Virus record (IMG/VR): IMGVR_UViG_3300045911_000754
Source of the DNA: an uncultured virus (IMG/VR IMGVR_UViG_3300045911_000754)
Taxonomy: Duplodnaviria > Heunggongvirae > Uroviricota > Caudoviricetes
Strand: one strand, 5' to 3'
DNA length: 64,000 nucleotides
Part shown: one piece after another, positions 56,501 through 64,000 of the stretch
Numbering within the stretch: position 1 is the first letter of the stretch
Layout of the letters: the number at the start of each line of letters is the position of its first letter
Program-made: the position numbers and the translations under genes
Notes under the pieces: model-generated
Databases searched by the model: none
What the model was told of the DNA's origin: nothing
The model's input: only the letters and a program-made list of their open reading frames with translations

Positions 56501-56572
56501 GCGGTTAGCAACGGGGGCAGGTTTTGCCACATAGACCTAGGTCCACCGCGTGGCCCCTGGAGTTACGGTTAG
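53504..56572 (+). CDS. Baseplate hub-like multidomain murein hydrolase: GH19 + hub segments + RlpA-like DPBB + peptidase M15
   Basis: ATMSVET..YEG..LGNTQPGDG.RY.GRGYIQ.TGR (GH19); MANG.PYDP...AAHKTLPLGT.V..V.DRGP (RlpA); SWYR...N...GG...SQH..G.AVDI...HID (M15). Confidence 0.85.
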   Translation: MATTNPIATNQAGSATSSAGSAATPAASGGATGYPTVDVVMKCCPDADPKHVAQFLSLVMPMFAAKGWTSKNQLIGLLATMSVETTTFAPIKEKSNGRAYEGNVVDLGNTQPGDGARYVGRGYIQTTGRGGYQMISKLTGIDVVSRPELLETHSEATAKALVFTWGGQAGTKRSAVPHAEAGNWLNVRKAINGWRGTPNGLPKFYKVVERCKQFLTAGISGNFPPGGTYGSNDYDPGSGSDRTVAGIVNPASQLDALGYALGLHEGDRARSHECRFTIDVSAQPDVLNLSAGKTFAVRGMGATDSTASAAPAGSSADLLTGSNAVLLLGSGNEAVVNFGSLVARAGSGAIAVPGQTMSPPGKAPTTEERVKAAAAAIRIDPKLFEITAPTGGGAVATNSSEEAKQAAAAPLVGAPPKGDRNRVLLRVKFGDLEFSNLKGDFLYRPFPPSIRSATYVHDQFRCVINDPDDVHRLAVSKHRQVEVAIGFVNGDTINKFVGEIYHVGRIQPGGLEIRAVDMSFSKLSGAASGVVDQTIPTQADTREVLSVESGEATVIADLRKGQKMANGSPYDPTKPIAAHKTLPLGTEVRITALSTSKSAIAVVSDRGPKSGNAKIEVSSSVAAAIGLGRPASALPSPSSKASPVGSAATAGSVAVGPIVSPSAVRIEVLKPKPEAIGGSAAALISGIGDGLKSMQKTEVSVTTPVKSALSSADLFSRAISAAAAQSGSATALLDQIRAQHQQQSTVLQHLASNGLHYKGNGAAPLVSSQGQAFLGQSPGRVAQAQSLLQGNTTTVSGNTVKETAPGKGEPSGVVLDYTRNRPAFVQARAWQRTGIQLQSGFGALTVKGWNPTEKEVVSATVVTPGPAPVHPTGNINVPGWGNAILNQPIIPGGKYTWGDATKNGSRVPGSNGSKLDGKTIMQNMSKMAQVMEDLCRQFKGGGKLVFSSWYRDPVSNRQAGGKSASQHMSGHAVDITDSVHRQLYSKLLSDGWNKNRGGIAVSNGGRFCHIDLGPPRGPWSYG

Positions 56573-56587
56573 TCCAGGAGTATTACT

Positions 56588-57091
56588 GTGCGACTCACTC
56601 CGATCGGTCAAGGTGATTTCTTTGCAGCCGCTGATCGCCTAGAGCGGTTGGCGCGTGAAACGACAAGCTCTGGTGAGCGTTGGGCAAAGGGTCTAGCTCA
56701 CCAGATGTATGATCGCGCTATTTTGAACTTGGAAACCCAAGGACGTGGACGATTGCCGCCCCCCTTGTCAGAGGCCACTCACAAAATCTATGCCCAGGAC
56801 GGGCCGCCTGATGGGTCGGGAATTCGGAATCATATCGAAATCCGCTATGAACGTCAAGGCTCCCGGTTCATGGCAATCGTTGGTGTCCCTGAAGGAAAGC
56901 CCAGTTTGGTGGCTCGCGTGCAGGAGCGGGGGGCGACCATTCCTGTTTCGCCCCAAATGCGCGGCTGGTTAGCCCGTCACGGAATCTTTCTTAAGTCCTC
57001 CACTACCCACATCAACATCCCGGGTCGGCATTTTTGGGAGCAGGCATTTCATGATGTGGCCAGTGACCTGCCTCCGGTTGGGTTGGGTTGA
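56588..57091 (+). CDS. Neck / tail-completion (virion morphogenesis) protein
   Basis: PPLSEAT, ARVQERGATI, INIPGRHF. Confidence 0.7.
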   Translation: MRLTPIGQGDFFAAADRLERLARETTSSGERWAKGLAHQMYDRAILNLETQGRGRLPPPLSEATHKIYAQDGPPDGSGIRNHIEIRYERQGSRFMAIVGVPEGKPSLVARVQERGATIPVSPQMRGWLARHGIFLKSSTTHINIPGRHFWEQAFHDVASDLPPVGLG

Positions 57092-58269
57092 ACCCCCTTC
57101 CCTGTGAGATTGTCTCCGTTAGCATTATGAATTTCGTTACTACCCTCAGCCTAAGTGATCACTCCGCCTTTTCCTTGTTGCCCGCCACCTTGGTGCGCGG
57201 TGATCGGGGGTGGCATGGCACGGGGGTAGCCGTCACCCGCCCCTTTGTTGCTAAGTTAGCCTACGGATTTGTTGGGGTTAGCCCAGCGCCGATCGCCGCC
57301 GGGGTACGCCTGGCTGTCGGACGGGACGGCGTGCCCTACGAGTGGAATGGCGGGGCGTGGCGTCCAGGGACAAATCCTGAGTTCTATACCCCAGACGATC
57401 TGCGAGATCGCCTTAGCACTTGGTTGGGCACGATCCAGTTCTGGATTGAGTTTGGGCCCCACAGCTTGGTTGATGAGATCAAAATCGCCTACAGCCTGCC
57501 CAATCACGACCTGCCCAGTTACTTGCGCGATTTTGCGTTACCCGCCTTAGTGCGATCACGGTCAATCGAGCTGGTGCGCGACGTACAGCCTCGCGCCGAC
57601 GGATCGATTGCCATTCCCCAGGGACTCACCCCCGAGCGCATTGCTAGTGCAGTCTTCTTGGTTCCCGAGACATCGTACCACCCAGTAGCGATCGGCGGCG
57701 ATCACCTCCAGCTTCAGTCGCCCGCCCCAACAACTCCGGGCAAGCTGATCTTACAATACCGAGTTGCCGCGCGGGGAACCGATGATGACTTTGATCAGAT
57801 CGACGATTTGCCGCAGGTCTTGTTTCGTGAGGTGCGTCGTGATCGCCCGCGCTACCCGTTGCAGTGTGGTGGCGACAGTGTCCAGATCTCTCCCATTGCT
57901 GGACGGCGACAGATTGTAGAATCAATAGCCGACTCGCTCTTTGAGGTGCAAATTCTCGCAGCCCGCTCCGATGAGGCCCGCTCAATCGCCAGTACCTTGC
58001 GCTCTCTGATTACTCATGTGGGCATCCTTGACTGCCCACCCTACGGCGCATCGGTTCCGTTGTTGGTCGAGGGGGTGACTACGTTTACCGGATCGACTCG
58101 GGCAATTGGCGATCTTGACCGCGCCGCGTTCCGGGTCAGGGCCTTGTACCTTGCCCAGACGACGCAAGTGGTCGATGAGTCAATCATTGATCGAGTTGAG
58201 ATGTGGTGGCAGGGGGGTGACCGGGGCGATCGCACGGGGCAAGCCTATCCCGAGACTTGGGTGCGCTAA
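57088..58269 (+). CDS. Putative structural protein, C-terminus tail-terminator-like
   Basis: Coupled to neck gene; LPQV..E, FEVQILA...EA..I. Confidence 0.5.
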   Translation: MNPLPCEIVSVSIMNFVTTLSLSDHSAFSLLPATLVRGDRGWHGTGVAVTRPFVAKLAYGFVGVSPAPIAAGVRLAVGRDGVPYEWNGGAWRPGTNPEFYTPDDLRDRLSTWLGTIQFWIEFGPHSLVDEIKIAYSLPNHDLPSYLRDFALPALVRSRSIELVRDVQPRADGSIAIPQGLTPERIASAVFLVPETSYHPVAIGGDHLQLQSPAPTTPGKLILQYRVAARGTDDDFDQIDDLPQVLFREVRRDRPRYPLQCGGDSVQISPIAGRRQIVESIADSLFEVQILAARSDEARSIASTLRSLITHVGILDCPPYGASVPLLVEGVTTFTGSTRAIGDLDRAAFRVRALYLAQTTQVVDESIIDRVEMWWQGGDRGDRTGQAYPETWVR

Positions 58270-59618
58270 AGTCGTCCAACTCGCTTGGCGAGGTCTCCCG
58301 TCAGGTTTTCGTAGCGCCGACAAATTACCTCACAATACTGTGGGCTTATCTCAAACCCAAACACCCGCCGCTTGCCTGTCATTGACTGGGCTGCAAGTAG
58401 GGTCGTACCGCTTCCCAAGAAGCCGTCGTAGATTAAGCTGTCTGGGGCGCTGCTGTTGCCCAGAATATATTGCACCAGGTCGATTGGCTTCATCGTCGGA
58501 TGCTCTCGCGAGACCGTGGGCCGGTCAAAGTTTAACACTGTGGACTGGGTGCGATCGCTATACCATCGATGGGCTGCGCCTGGCTTCCAGCCGTACAGGA
58601 TCGACTCGTGCTGCCAATGGTAGTCTTGCCGCCCCACCACAAAACCATTTTGTTTGACCCAGATCAGGTTTTGTTTGAGTAGCCAACCTGCATCCTTAAG
58701 CGCTCGTTGAAAATTTTCCGCCTCCATATCTGAATAGCACACATAAATCGCCGCTCCCGCTGAGCAGGCTCCAATTGCTACGTCAAAGAAGCTTTGCAAG
58801 AACGCCCGGAAATCCTCTGGATTGGTGAAATTGTCGTTGGCAATCTCCATCCTGGTTGTTGTCCGATCACTGCTATTGGTCTTGCCGTGATAGTTGATGT
58901 TGTAGGGTGGGTCGGTAAAAATCATGTCAACCGTACCCCAGTGCTTACCCAAAAGGGTTTTCACTTGGTCGTTATCGGTTGAGTCGCCGCAAGCCAATCG
59001 ATGGCAGCCAAGTGACCAAACCTCCCCTGGAGAGACCCTCGACTCAATGTCGTCGCAATTGTTCAGTAGTTGCCCTGTAAGATCCGTGTCACCTTGGTTT
59101 GGTGGACAGGATTCCTCGATCGCTGCTAGCAATTGAGCTAAGTCGTCGTCCCCGATCGATACAGGTGAGACCCCTTCCGCCTCAAGCGTTTGCAGCAGAT
59201 CTGCGTAATCCCGCTGATCCCACAATTCCAGTATTTGCTCGACACTCATCCCCGCGCTAGCTAGGGACAGGTTGTTGTCATCGATCGCGTAACTCTGGGC
59301 TTCCGCCTCTGTGAGTGCCTCAACGCCTACCAGGATCGGGACTTCCCATATCCCGTCGGTGGTGACCTTGACCCCCCTCGGAGGAGGTTCCCCTTGCGAT
59401 CTCATCATCCGTAGCGCTTCCAGCCGCCCGTTGCCTGCCGCGATCGCTCCCCTCCCCTGGTTCAGCTCAGGTTCCCAACGCAGAGGCTTCTTCAGTCCGT
59501 ATCGCCGAATTGCTTCGGCAATCAACTCTAGGTTGTGTAACTTTGCGTTTCGGTCAAACAACTCCACGTCGTCGATCGAGTAATATTGCAAGTCCAGCAA
59601 ATCAGTCATAGAGTTCAA
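58266..59618 (-). CDS. ParB-like domain fused to N6A/N4C DNA methyltransferase
   Basis: AGNGRLEAL; HRLACGDS, FTDPPY, LIWVK, HPTMKP, YDGFLGSGTTL. Confidence 0.9.
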   Translation of the reverse strand: MNSMTDLLDLQYYSIDDVELFDRNAKLHNLELIAEAIRRYGLKKPLRWEPELNQGRGAIAAGNGRLEALRMMRSQGEPPPRGVKVTTDGIWEVPILVGVEALTEAEAQSYAIDDNNLSLASAGMSVEQILELWDQRDYADLLQTLEAEGVSPVSIGDDDLAQLLAAIEESCPPNQGDTDLTGQLLNNCDDIESRVSPGEVWSLGCHRLACGDSTDNDQVKTLLGKHWGTVDMIFTDPPYNINYHGKTNSSDRTTTRMEIANDNFTNPEDFRAFLQSFFDVAIGACSAGAAIYVCYSDMEAENFQRALKDAGWLLKQNLIWVKQNGFVVGRQDYHWQHESILYGWKPGAAHRWYSDRTQSTVLNFDRPTVSREHPTMKPIDLVQYILGNSSAPDSLIYDGFLGSGTTLLAAQSMTGKRRVFGFEISPQYCEVICRRYENLTGDLAKRVGRL

Positions 59619-59712
59619 ATCAACACAGATGGAAGCTCCCTATTTTCCACGAGGCTTGATGGAGTCTGCCCTCGCTTCACGAAAAATTTAGGACGTCTAC
59701 TTGACCGACGAT

Positions 59713-60420
59713 TTACAGACTCGCGTTTTGCGTGGTTGCCCTAGCTGCTTTGGGGTCAAACTCGAATCCACATTGGGGGCAGCGACACTCAAGAGCAGGC
59801 AGGTCTGGTCTCAGATCTGGATCGTCGAAACCTGGATCTTCCGGTGTTTCGTTCAGTTGAGAAATCAGCAGATCTAGGTCATCGCCATCCACAGAAATCG
59901 GCAACGATCCTGTCTTTGCTAAATCTTGCAAAAGAGAAACATAGCTATCTGCGTCGTACAAGCGCGATGCATCCAGCGCCGTCAGATCGCCACCCATCAA
60001 AGATAAGTTATTGTTTGCAATCAGATAGGCGAGTCCCTCGGATTCTGATTGACTGCTCACTCCAAACTGCACAGGAATCAGCCAGTCTCCCTCCTCTGTC
60101 GCTTTGATACCGCGTGGCGCTCTAGCTCCTGAGTCGCGGAGCTTGAGCAGCGCTTCGAGGCGGCCATTTCCTGCCACAATTCCACCATTGCCGTCATTCA
60201 AGGCGCTGTCGTATTCCAGGGCATCCTTGAATCCATGCCGTTGAATCGAGTCACAGATTGCTTCAATGTCATGAACTTTGGGGTTGCGATCAGCGAATTT
60301 CTTTGACAGCTCACTTAGTGAGATATAGTGGATCGTGATTTCGTCGTTGGCTGTTTTCGCGATCGCCTGCAATTGATCTGTTGCCGACAGGACGGGCTGA
60401 GAAAACTTGGATTCTGTCAT
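59713..60420 (-). CDS. ParB-like domain protein with C-terminal Zn ribbon
   Basis: RNPK.H, SIQRHGF, IVAGNGRLEAL; CPQCGFEF; paralog of neighbouring MTase N-terminus. Confidence 0.8.
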   Translation of the reverse strand: MTESKFSQPVLSATDQLQAIAKTANDEITIHYISLSELSKKFADRNPKVHDIEAICDSIQRHGFKDALEYDSALNDGNGGIVAGNGRLEALLKLRDSGARAPRGIKATEEGDWLIPVQFGVSSQSESEGLAYLIANNNLSLMGGDLTALDASRLYDADSYVSLLQDLAKTGSLPISVDGDDLDLLISQLNETPEDPGFDDPDLRPDLPALECRCPQCGFEFDPKAARATTQNASL

Positions 60421-60454
60421 GATCGTACTAAGCTTGGTGAAACCAGAATAGGTC

Positions 60455-60739
60455 ATGCTCAACGAATTAGCCGCTCGCACTCGATCTGATTGTCCCAGTG
60501 CCTTTGCTGCCTACGGGTATGCCGTCCGGCGCAGCGATGCAACGGTGCTAGCCTACGACGGTCAGCCCCTCCCCCGTTTCCTGTTAGAGCATGGTGGGCA
60601 TCCTCATGAGTACCGAGCGTGGCTATTGGCCAACCGCATTGGATCGCCCTTTGATGAGGCGGACTTGGGGCGTGGTCGCCTTGTCACCGTAGCCAACACC
60701 GCTGCCGATTTCCCGAAGAATCCCGATTTTGTCGCCTGA
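60455..60739 (+). CDS. Small putative baseplate protein (LysM/gpX-like)
   Basis: YRAWLLANRIGSPF....G..VTV. Confidence 0.4.
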   Translation: MLNELAARTRSDCPSAFAAYGYAVRRSDATVLAYDGQPLPRFLLEHGGHPHEYRAWLLANRIGSPFDEADLGRGRLVTVANTAADFPKNPDFVA

Positions 60740-61230
60740 TGCTTACTCCCTCCGTCGTCGCCTCTGCCATTGGTGTCGCTTTTGCTGTGACAGCTCTTGA
60801 AATGATCAGCCCCAGCCTCTCCCATGGAGTGGTCGCTGGCATTGCGACGGCGATCATCCTTGGCTTAGTAGCTACCTTTGAGTCTCTGTTGTCCACTGCC
60901 GACTCTGAGTCTCCCCAGGATCCTGGGGAGTACGAGCCGATTACGCTAATGGACTTGTCCGTAAATCGCGAGATAATAATGCCGGGTGGGGGCCATCCCG
61001 AACCCCCACCTGAACCGACCAAGTCCTTTACCCCCGAGGTTTTAGCTCTGTTGAGTCAGTCCTACAAGTACCTCGGCGAACCAATGGGTTCCGGCGCAGA
61101 CGGATTTCAGATGTGGTTGGATGAATTTACCACTTGGGGTTACCAAAACAACTGCTGGGTCGCGGTCTTGCCTCCTGTTCTAGTCGTCGCTCCCGAATCG
61201 AAGGATCCTCCCCGTGGCCTATCCGCGTGA
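60739..61230 (+). CDS. Protein with two N-terminal TM segments
   Basis: VVASAIGVAFAVTAL and GVVAGIATAIILGLVATF. Confidence 0.55.
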   Translation: MLTPSVVASAIGVAFAVTALEMISPSLSHGVVAGIATAIILGLVATFESLLSTADSESPQDPGEYEPITLMDLSVNREIIMPGGGHPEPPPEPTKSFTPEVLALLSQSYKYLGEPMGSGADGFQMWLDEFTTWGYQNNCWVAVLPPVLVVAPESKDPPRGLSA

Positions 61231-63679
61231 GATTTGGCAGAACATGCCGCTGTATGCTCAGTTCGCTGACGACCTGGGAATTGGCTTGCTGCGACATTTT
61301 TGTGAGGCGCTGCAACCCCATTTGGACTTGGTCTTCAATCGTCTTGACCAGCGGGATTATTTTTTGGATCCAGAGGTCGCGCCCGGCTACTGGCTGGATT
61401 GGCTTCAGCAATTGGTGTCGCTGGGGCCTCAAGGTGATCGCTGGCTAGGGCTGGCAGTAAATCCCGCCTGGGATTCTGAGGATAAGCGCCGCCTGATCCT
61501 GGGAGCTTGGGAGTACTGGCAAAAGAAAGGCACGGAATCAGGCATTCGTTGGGCCATTGAGCACTGGTTGCTGTGGCGTGGCGCTTCCGACCCCAGCCGG
61601 TTTCAGATTTACCTCCCCTTGGGCGATCGTCCCACCGATCAACCCCCGCGCTGGTGGGATTATTACAGCAGCTTCGACATCAATAGCACCCGGCTTATCC
61701 TTGAGCAGAAGTTTCTGGGGGGATACGAGGGGAGTGTTGAGTTTCAGCCGCGCTGGCATTGGGAGCGGTTGGTTGACTGGCCCTGGGATTTCACCCAGCC
61801 ATTCCCAGGCCATGACGGGGCGTTTGTGAACGTGCAGCAACAGCCGGCAGCTCCCCAACGATCGCCTGGGCCCATGATGGGAGTCTATCGCCCCTACGAG
61901 GTTTTCACCTTGCGTGATCGCGATGAGTGGCCCCTGATCGCGCCGTCTATCTACGAACTGAATCCAGAAATCCTGGTATCCCCCAACCAGCCTACCCCTT
62001 GGATTTGGCTAGAGCGATTGGTCTTGCCCCGGCAGCTTGCTCCTGTCGGCGGGGGCGGCGGTGGATCCAATCCTGATGAAAGCGAGCTGATTTTCCGCTA
62101 TCAGGTAGACGGGTTCAAGTATTGGGATTCGTTTCCTTTTGCCCCGCGCCCCGCTGAGCAGGCTGAAGTGAGAGACGATCGATTGGAGCAATGGGGCAAT
62201 ATCGAAGAATTCTTTACTTACCAGGATAGTTTTGGTTGCCCCGCTCGAGAGATTCCAGGTGGACGCCAAGAGACGATCATTGTGGTGATCGATGGCAACA
62301 GTGCCTGGTGCTTTGACTACTTCACGGTTTGGTTCGTTGTCATCACGCCGCCCCAAAACCTCACCCAACACCTCCGTCCTGGGGTTCCGATCGGCGATTG
62401 CCATGACTTCTACGATTCCTTTATCGTCCCTTTCTACGCTCCCCCGTTCCTTGCCATCGAAGCAGCCCCTGTCCCGCCTCAAATGGTTGGTGATCCGCGC
62501 GCTTGGTACTACCCCGCCGCTGATCGCCAGGTGGTGCACGATCGGGACGAGCCGTTGATTCAACCTGCCCAACCCGCCCGCCAATGGTACGCACCATGGC
62601 AAGACCGATGGCTGACCACCTGGCATATCGTGGATGTTCCGCCGGTTGGCTGCACGCCTGGGCTGCAGGTCTGGGATACCGTCGGGACTGAAGTCGTTGT
62701 TACCCCCGGCAATCCCGGCATTCCACCTAACCAGTTCGTTATCCATCGTCCTGCCGAGGTTCAAACCCGAATCGAGCCGGCGATCGCCCCCTCTCTGCCC
62801 TTTGACTTCTGGGAACCCTGGGCTGTTGATCGGTTCTTGCCCCTGACTTCCATTCCTGCCTTGTCGCCCCTCACCGCCCTCACGGGTACAGGATCCATTG
62901 CTCCCGTGTCACCCACTGCCCCCGTGCCACCCGTCGCGTCTGTGTCACCAACCGCTTCCATACCCAGCTCCGTTGGGGCTGCGTCTTCTCCCATCTCGTC
63001 CCTTCGCCCGATCTCCTTACCAGCCGCTCGTCACTGGTGGGATTTGCGGGACTGGGCGATTGACCCGGGCGATCGCTTTGGCTATCCTGGGCGGGATGCT
63101 CAGGATGTAACTCAGGTAATTCCTGAGTTCTGGGCATGGGAGTCACCGGTGATGATCTGGCATCATCAATCCCGTTGGGGTGATGGCTCCCCTTTCTACT
63201 ACCCTGGGCGGCCTGCCACGGGTGATCGCTCGGAAGTCGTGCCCGTCAGAGAGTTGATCCACCTGTGCAACGTGCCCGACGACTGGACAACGCTCACAAT
63301 CACCGATTGGCACTACCAATCCAAGCCGCCCGCTGAGCGCCCACCACTCAACGAGCAATATCCAGAGCTGACCTCGCTTCGAGACCGGGCCGCTTGGCAT
63401 TTGTCGTTGTTCACCGACCAAGGCTCGATCGAAGTGCCCGCTACGGCCGCCGTCTGGGAAAACGCTACGGGTGATCGTGCCGTTGACTACGATCCTGAGC
63501 GAGGTTTCACCCAGATTGTCGTTGAGTTCACCTTGCGCCCACCGGAGGTTCTCAAGGCCCATGCGGTGTCCGTGAGCAGCGGCGGGCGGGTTTTGGATTA
63601 TCACAATCTGCCGGACGTCGACTTGCGTTCCGAAGGTATGGCGGGGTTCCGCTATCGACAACCAATTCAGCGGAGTTGA
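61214..63679 (+). CDS. P2 gpI-like baseplate/tail protein with long Trp/Pro-rich extension
   Basis: LDPEVAPGYWLDWL...W...KRRLI..A...W.KKGT.SGI..AI. Confidence 0.8.
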   Translation: MAYPREIWQNMPLYAQFADDLGIGLLRHFCEALQPHLDLVFNRLDQRDYFLDPEVAPGYWLDWLQQLVSLGPQGDRWLGLAVNPAWDSEDKRRLILGAWEYWQKKGTESGIRWAIEHWLLWRGASDPSRFQIYLPLGDRPTDQPPRWWDYYSSFDINSTRLILEQKFLGGYEGSVEFQPRWHWERLVDWPWDFTQPFPGHDGAFVNVQQQPAAPQRSPGPMMGVYRPYEVFTLRDRDEWPLIAPSIYELNPEILVSPNQPTPWIWLERLVLPRQLAPVGGGGGGSNPDESELIFRYQVDGFKYWDSFPFAPRPAEQAEVRDDRLEQWGNIEEFFTYQDSFGCPAREIPGGRQETIIVVIDGNSAWCFDYFTVWFVVITPPQNLTQHLRPGVPIGDCHDFYDSFIVPFYAPPFLAIEAAPVPPQMVGDPRAWYYPAADRQVVHDRDEPLIQPAQPARQWYAPWQDRWLTTWHIVDVPPVGCTPGLQVWDTVGTEVVVTPGNPGIPPNQFVIHRPAEVQTRIEPAIAPSLPFDFWEPWAVDRFLPLTSIPALSPLTALTGTGSIAPVSPTAPVPPVASVSPTASIPSSVGAASSPISSLRPISLPAARHWWDLRDWAIDPGDRFGYPGRDAQDVTQVIPEFWAWESPVMIWHHQSRWGDGSPFYYPGRPATGDRSEVVPVRELIHLCNVPDDWTTLTITDWHYQSKPPAERPPLNEQYPELTSLRDRAAWHLSLFTDQGSIEVPATAAVWENATGDRAVDYDPERGFTQIVVEFTLRPPEVLKAHAVSVSSGGRVLDYHNLPDVDLRSEGMAGFRYRQPIQRS

Positions 63680-63810
63680 TCAATAATCTCTTTCTCAAGA
63701 ATCGCTACTTTTGATTGCGTCTTCCGTGGTGGTAAACTAATCTAGACACACAAACAAAGGCTTGGGTTAAACAAGCGAATATTTTTAATTCCTATTCCCC
63801 AAAAACCACC

Positions 63811-63847
63811 GAAAGGGCGGGGAGTCGACTATGGCTTCCGCCCTTTC
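63811..63847 (+). terminator. Hairpin upstream of last ORF
   Basis: gaaagggcgg ... ccgccctttc. Confidence 0.55.
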
Positions 63848-63862
63848 TGATTGAACTTCCTC

Positions 63863-64000
63863 ATGGCCGATCAATCTGTCCCGATTACCCCAACCGACCT
63901 CGCTGTCGTCTTCATTGCCCCGACAGGCCCCGACGATGTGCGAGTGCCCACGGCCCCCGACGTAACCGGGGTGGGTGAGGTGGCTATGCGCCTTGCCCGT
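63863..64000 (+). CDS. Partial ORF running off the window
   Basis: MADQSVPITPTDLAVVFIAP..., open to window end. Confidence 0.5.
   Translation, partial: MADQSVPITPTDLAVVFIAPTGPDDVRVPTAPDVTGVGEVAMRLAR

Larger units (their letters stand above)
1..64000. mobile_element. Cyanobacterial tailed phage / prophage-like element (contractile-tail type), extends beyond both window ends
   Basis: Terminase, portal, prohead protease, capsid, tape measure, baseplate J/I/spike/hub genes throughout; HIP1 sites; no host operons. Confidence 0.93.

Noticed and set aside
39019..63679. Headless contractile injection system or tailocin
   Set aside because: Capsid, portal, protease and terminase genes are present

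Overview
The window is part of a large tailed-phage genome (myovirus-type: baseplate J, P2 gpI-like, gp5/VgrG-like spike, tape measure). Frequent HIP1 (GCGATCGC) sites and cyanobacterial-type nrdJ, dnaN and ssb point to a cyanobacterial host. No host chromosomal context and no integrase are visible. An attP-like 3' half of tRNA-Gly(CCC) lies between phage genes, so this may be an excised, extrachromosomal or phage-plasmid form. Virion genes are scattered in both orientations among DNA-metabolism genes (dnaN, two SSB-like genes, nrdJ, SNF2 and RecD-like helicases, two methyltransferase homologues, HU). The most unusual part is a ~9 kb minus-strand module (38.35 to 29.1 kb) with several translationally coupled junctions. 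It holds an FtsK/TraB-like P-loop ATPase, phased 11-bp repeats, DNA-binding proteins, a string of membrane proteins and exported cell-wall enzymes, and resembles a Streptomyces TraB/clt/Spd-type DNA transfer or spreading system carried by a phage. Other highlights: an apparently split and permuted baseplate hub carrying four peptidoglycan-hydrolase domains, a 1.1 kb non-coding region of palindromic repeats next to HU (ori or cos candidate), a candidate +1 tail-chaperone frameshift, a Dam-like gene with DPPD instead of DPPY, and an A-B-Rep-B'-A' paralog arrangement. All product calls come from motif recognition by eye; no searches were run.
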